Shown piece by piece: positions 59,831-64,000 of a DNA stretch of 64,000 nt. Source of the stretch: Azolla caroliniana (Eukaryota; Plantae; Polypodiophyta). Numbering within the stretch: the stretch's first letter is position 1; the number at the start of each line of letters is the position of its first letter. The notes beneath the pieces are model-generated. The model had not been told where the DNA came from. It worked only from the letters and a program-made list of their open reading frames with translations, and ran no database searches. The stretch covers positions 10,168,001 through 10,232,000 of the forward strand of contig JBHGNT010000012.1 in NCBI GenBank assembly GCA_043228905.1, read 5' to 3'. Position numbers and translations under genes: made by a program.

Positions 59831-61059
59831 TGGCACGCCCGCGGGACAGTACCTTGTACGTCAAATCCCACGATCCGGCCTTCATTCTTCCTCCAAAATG
59901 TCTAGAATGCTTTGATCTAAGGGTTCCAATGGTTCCTAGGGAAGCTATTCAATCGTTTGTTGCTGCTGTTGTTCCTCCTCTTGTCGTTGCCCTGGCTTCT
60001 GTTGTTCCTACGACTGTGGGGGCTCTTGTTGTCGCTTCGGTTCTACTGGGCTGTCCGGTTCCACTGGTTTCTTTGGTCTTTCGGTTCCACTGGCCTCTCT
60101 GGTTCCGCTGGTCTCTCTGGTTCTGGTTTTATTGGCTTCGGCTCCTCCTGCTGCTGGTTTTCGGTGTGTTGGTTTCCATCCTTTGGTTGCTCCTCTGGAG
60201 TTATGTTCGGTTGCTCCTTCGGAGTTACAAACGGCTGGTTTCCCCCAGTTCCGGCTTCATTCGGTGCCGGCTCCGAGGACTGCTCTTCATCACTGATGTT
60301 GATCACCGTAGTTCTTCGGACCACTTCTTGCCGTCACCGTTCTCATTCATACTGCTCGAGTTGGAGATGTGTATCCAGCTGGTCGTCGTCTAGTTGCTCC
60401 ACCAATCACCTCACCGCCACCAATTGGTCCCCGGCTAATGATAGGAAGTCGTCTGACAATTCCTCCCTTATGGCAACAATGTTTTCCTCGTCCAATTTAT
60501 AGAAATCGTCGCCGTCCTTCCGCCGGTTCTCCGCATTCGATCGCAGCAATTGTAACTCCGCCGCTTGCTTAGCCCATTGAGACCACTATTGAACCAAACT
60601 TTCTTCTACCAGTCTTTTCGTTCGGTCTCTCCATGCTAGTACGATGTCCCGGATCCACCCTAGCCCCATCTTTGACTTGTTCTCCGCGGCCTGTTTTTCG
60701 TCCTTCAATTGTTTGATCAGGCTCGCGGTTGCCACTTCTTGGCTTCTGTAGTGCATGAATTGGGTCTGATAGGTCGTCTGAACTTTGTTCAAAACCATTG
60801 TAGCGTGCTCCATTGCCTCCGAGTGTTCCCGGGTCAGCTCTACCCGTTCTTTCGCCGCTTTTGCTAGTTGCTTCGTTGCTTCAACCCCCTTCGACTGTTC
60901 TTCTACCAAGGCTGCCACGGTCCGGTTAACCTCATCCCGAAGTTCCCGTAACTTCTCCTGCTGCCGGTCACTTTTGGTGATCAATTTCTTGTGTTCCACA
61001 TCCAACTATTTGTGATCCCGGTGCAGCCAATCAAAGTCCTCCGTTTTCTGTTTCAGCTA
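59831..61059. mobile_element. Retroelement remnant: PBS-like TGGCACGCCC (+) and decayed coiled-coil/PE-rich ORFs (-)
   Basis: TGGCACGCC matches a tRNA-Arg 3' end. ORFs 60043-60324 and 60586-61005. The structure is unresolved. Confidence 0.4.
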
Positions 61060-64000
61060 TGTTGGCCGGTCAGAAGAGCAAGGACAAGTGGGAAGGCGGA
61101 ATCGGATCGGATAATAGGAAGTAATAGTAGAATTATTATTCGGAGGGACGGATTCGGTACAGTTGTACCGATCCGGATCCGAACCGATTCGGATGTCGGT
61201 TGCCTAAGCGCACCAATTATAACCTTGCTGGATGCCTATAAAAGGATCCGATGATTTGTAAAGTGTTTTGATGGAAGTAATACAATAGCAATTATTGTGT
61301 ATTTATCTGTATCTCGTATTGTTTGCCGTCCATGCTTAATTGTAATCATCTTATGCGTGTAACCTAGCATCCAATCCTTACCACCCCTTTGGAGAAGTGT
61401 CGGGTAGACACCTGTGTTGAGGCTAGTCCAGCCAGACAGACAACACTATTTTGGCGACCACGATTCCTGCAAAGTGCAGAGGACAACCGGGGGATGGATG
61501 TCTAGACCAAACGACGACCACATCACCGAACGAGGGAGACGATACACCGAACGCGAGCAACGACGGGAAGCCCTGCAGCAAGCCGTCGACGAGATCCGGC
61601 GGGATCGGTCATTCTCCAAAACTCTTCGGAGAGTCGCAGAAGAAGCACTGCAGTTCCGGGTTCTGCAAATCCCCGACGAAGGCAGTAGCATAACAAGCCT
61701 GCAAGAGGCGAAAACGATACTGCAGACGCTCGCCGCGGGCGACGGGGACTCGGAAGCATTCGCAACACTTGAGGCGGAGTCGGAAAGCGACGGAAGCATT
61801 GCATCCCGGTATAAAAGCAGCCACGACACACCAAACGACCGGGAGGACGAGGGGTCGGAAGACTCAGTAACACCGGCGCCAGAGGAAGAAATAACCCTGG
61901 AATTTGGTGACCGGCAACCGCCGTGGAAGGCTGACCGGATACCAACAACAACCGCGAGGGAACTGAAGGAGCGGATACCGACAACACCCGCGGAGGAACC
62001 AACGGACCGGACACCGGCAACACCCGCGGAGGAACCAAAGGTTCTCACACCAACGCCAACAGCGGACAGAGAACGGAGGGAACAGGAGAGTCAGTTGGAC
62101 GACACGATGCCGTACCCATACCCAAAGTACCGGGATGAGGCCGACGCGGAGGCACACGTGTACACATTCCTCCAAACATGGGAAGCCAACCATATCTCCC
62201 AAAGACTGACGGAGCCCGAAGCCGAACGATCCAAAATCGCCAAATTCGGCATAACCTTAGAAGGACCGGCGGCCCAATGGCACGCAAAGCACTTACCAGG
62301 CACCTTTGCCACATTCGATGCCTTGAAGGCCAGATTCCTCAGGTTTTTTCACAGACAATTTGAGCAAAGGGAATTGGTCGGGCAGTTCTACACCACTCGA
62401 CAGGAAGAGAACGAGACTATGCCACAATTCATCATTCGGTTCCAGACCCTGCACAGCCAACTGACAAGAGCACCACCCGAAGACGAAGCCAAAGCAGTCT
62501 TTCTGGCCGCAGTGAAAGAGCCACTTCGAACAATGTGCGGAGTCCTTGATTTCCAAACCAGCACAATGGACCAAGTTATTGATTGGGTTTTAGAAATGGA
62601 CAAGACTAGCCCCTTCTTGTCGATGGGGATGTTACACCGGGCACTCCCAAAAGAGGAAGACCTGAGGTTCTGACAGGCCTTACAATGTACAACATGCCTA
62701 AATTCGGGGCACTCAACAGTAGACTGCACCCTGCGGACACAATGTGTGATCTGCAACTCTCGAGCCCATACAACGGACCGATGCGAATACAACCTGTTAA
62801 ATCGGCAGGCAGCACCGGTTCGACACATAGAACCGCGCAATCAGAACCCGGACGAGGATCGATTCCGGAGAGACGACTGCTACCAACGCGAACGCGGTAA
62901 CAGATACGCTGATAGAAGACGCGACAACTATGACCGAGAGGAGAGACGCAGAGATAGCTACCCCCGGGACCGGTACGACAGAGACGAATCCCCGGAAGAC
63001 GACAGACGCGGAGAAGAGAGGCGACAAGGATACGCTGATAGAAGACGCGACAACTATGACCGAGAGGAGAGACGCAAAGATAGCTACCCTCGGGACCAGT
63101 ACGACCGAGACGGAGTCCCGGAATACGACCGACGCAGAGAAGAGAGGCAACAAGGGAACCGAAATTTCCGACGGAATCAGAAGCGTGGATTTTTCCGAAG
63201 AGAGGAACGTCGGGAGGCAGCAAGGAATGACAACCCGGTATCCGTACCGGATAACCGAAAAACCGAAGACGACCGCCGGAGCATACCCACCCTCCAAACC
63301 GGGGACAAAGGAGAAACGAGCAACAGTCACAAGGTGTACTGTTATTACTGCCGCAAGGAAGGCCACTATAGTAACCAATGCCCAAGCAAAAGCTATGACA
63401 AGCAGCCGGAAGTCAACATGGTTACAGCCGAAATAACAGAAGTACAACAGGTCACAACCCGGTCAAAGGGAAAGACAGCCGAGTGGGAAGCCCAGGAGGC
63501 AATCAGAAAACAAGCGACACAATGGATCAAGGAGGCCAATGAACAGAATGCGGCAGAAGTAAGAGACCAAAATATGCCAAAAGACGAAGAAATCATACAG
63601 CCAGAAGAAAACCCGACGTGGCAAGCGCTACAGGACTGTCAAATCGTGCTGCCGTTAGCACGACTACTACAGTTAGTGCCACGATTTACGGCAGACCTAC
63701 AGGCATCCGTCAGCAAACCGAAGCCGACGCCAGCACCGGCATTCTTCTCCAACCCGGAGGAAGGACCAGCGGTGGTCGATACAAGTAGCCCGGCGATCAC
63801 GACAATCGTGAAAGGAAAGGAAATTGCTGGAACGATTATTGACGGAGGCTCCGGGGTAAATGTCATCAGCCAACAGACATGCAACGACCTGGGCATCCGG
63901 GAATGGGAACCATGCCCCTTATGGTTACGCATGGCGGATACTAGCTCAGTCCGACCGACCGGGCTTATCCGGGATTTGGAAATCACGATTGGAGGCCACG
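61060..64000 (+). mobile_element. 5' part of a Ty3/gypsy element with tRNA-Arg-type PBS, running off the window
   Basis: LTR 61060-61445 (TGTTG..CAACA, TATAAAA), PBS TGGCGACCAC at 61452, then gag and protease. Confidence 0.88.
61498..64000 (+). pseudogene. Gag-protease with an internal stop at 62671-62673
   Basis: Retrotransposon gag core, three CCHC knuckles (CTTCLNSGHSTVDC, CVICNSRAHTTDRC, CYYCRKEGHYSNQC), R/D-rich duplicated segment, and protease IIDGGSGVNVI at about 63835. Confidence 0.82.

Noticed and set aside
62671-62673. Programmed readthrough in the terminal Ty3/gypsy gag
   Set aside because: The TGA lies mid-gag before the zinc knuckles and is most simply a CGA-to-TGA CpG mutation. 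There is no second copy to support conservation.

Overview
Plant nuclear DNA: it has spliceosomal introns, CCCTAAA telomere-type repeats and PBSs matching plant tRNAs. The TE repertoire suggests a seed-free plant such as a fern, but that is inference. The only host gene is a five-exon LPR1/LPR2-type multicopper oxidase (minus strand, about 3134-5850). From about 7.9 kb onward the window is a nested retrotransposon block. It holds two RTEX-like LINEs (one intact, one decayed) and three closely related Tnt1/Tork-like Ty1/copia elements (one intact). It also holds three Ty3/gypsy-type elements with a tRNA-Trp PBS, a chromovirus remnant, a tRNA-Arg-primed Ty3/gypsy, solo LTRs and decayed copia fragments. 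The most notable signal is that in both LINE copies ORF1 and ORF2 are in frame and separated only by TGA-CGG, a known stop-codon readthrough context, suggesting a gag-pol-like ORF1-ORF2 fusion in a LINE. Other notable signals: telomeric repeats at the 5' junction of the intact LINE; 4-bp ACGT-type target duplications and a shared U5 motif in the Trp-primed elements; and a chimeric element carrying an antisense copy of the same copia RT region it is inserted in. All coordinates and counts were read by eye.
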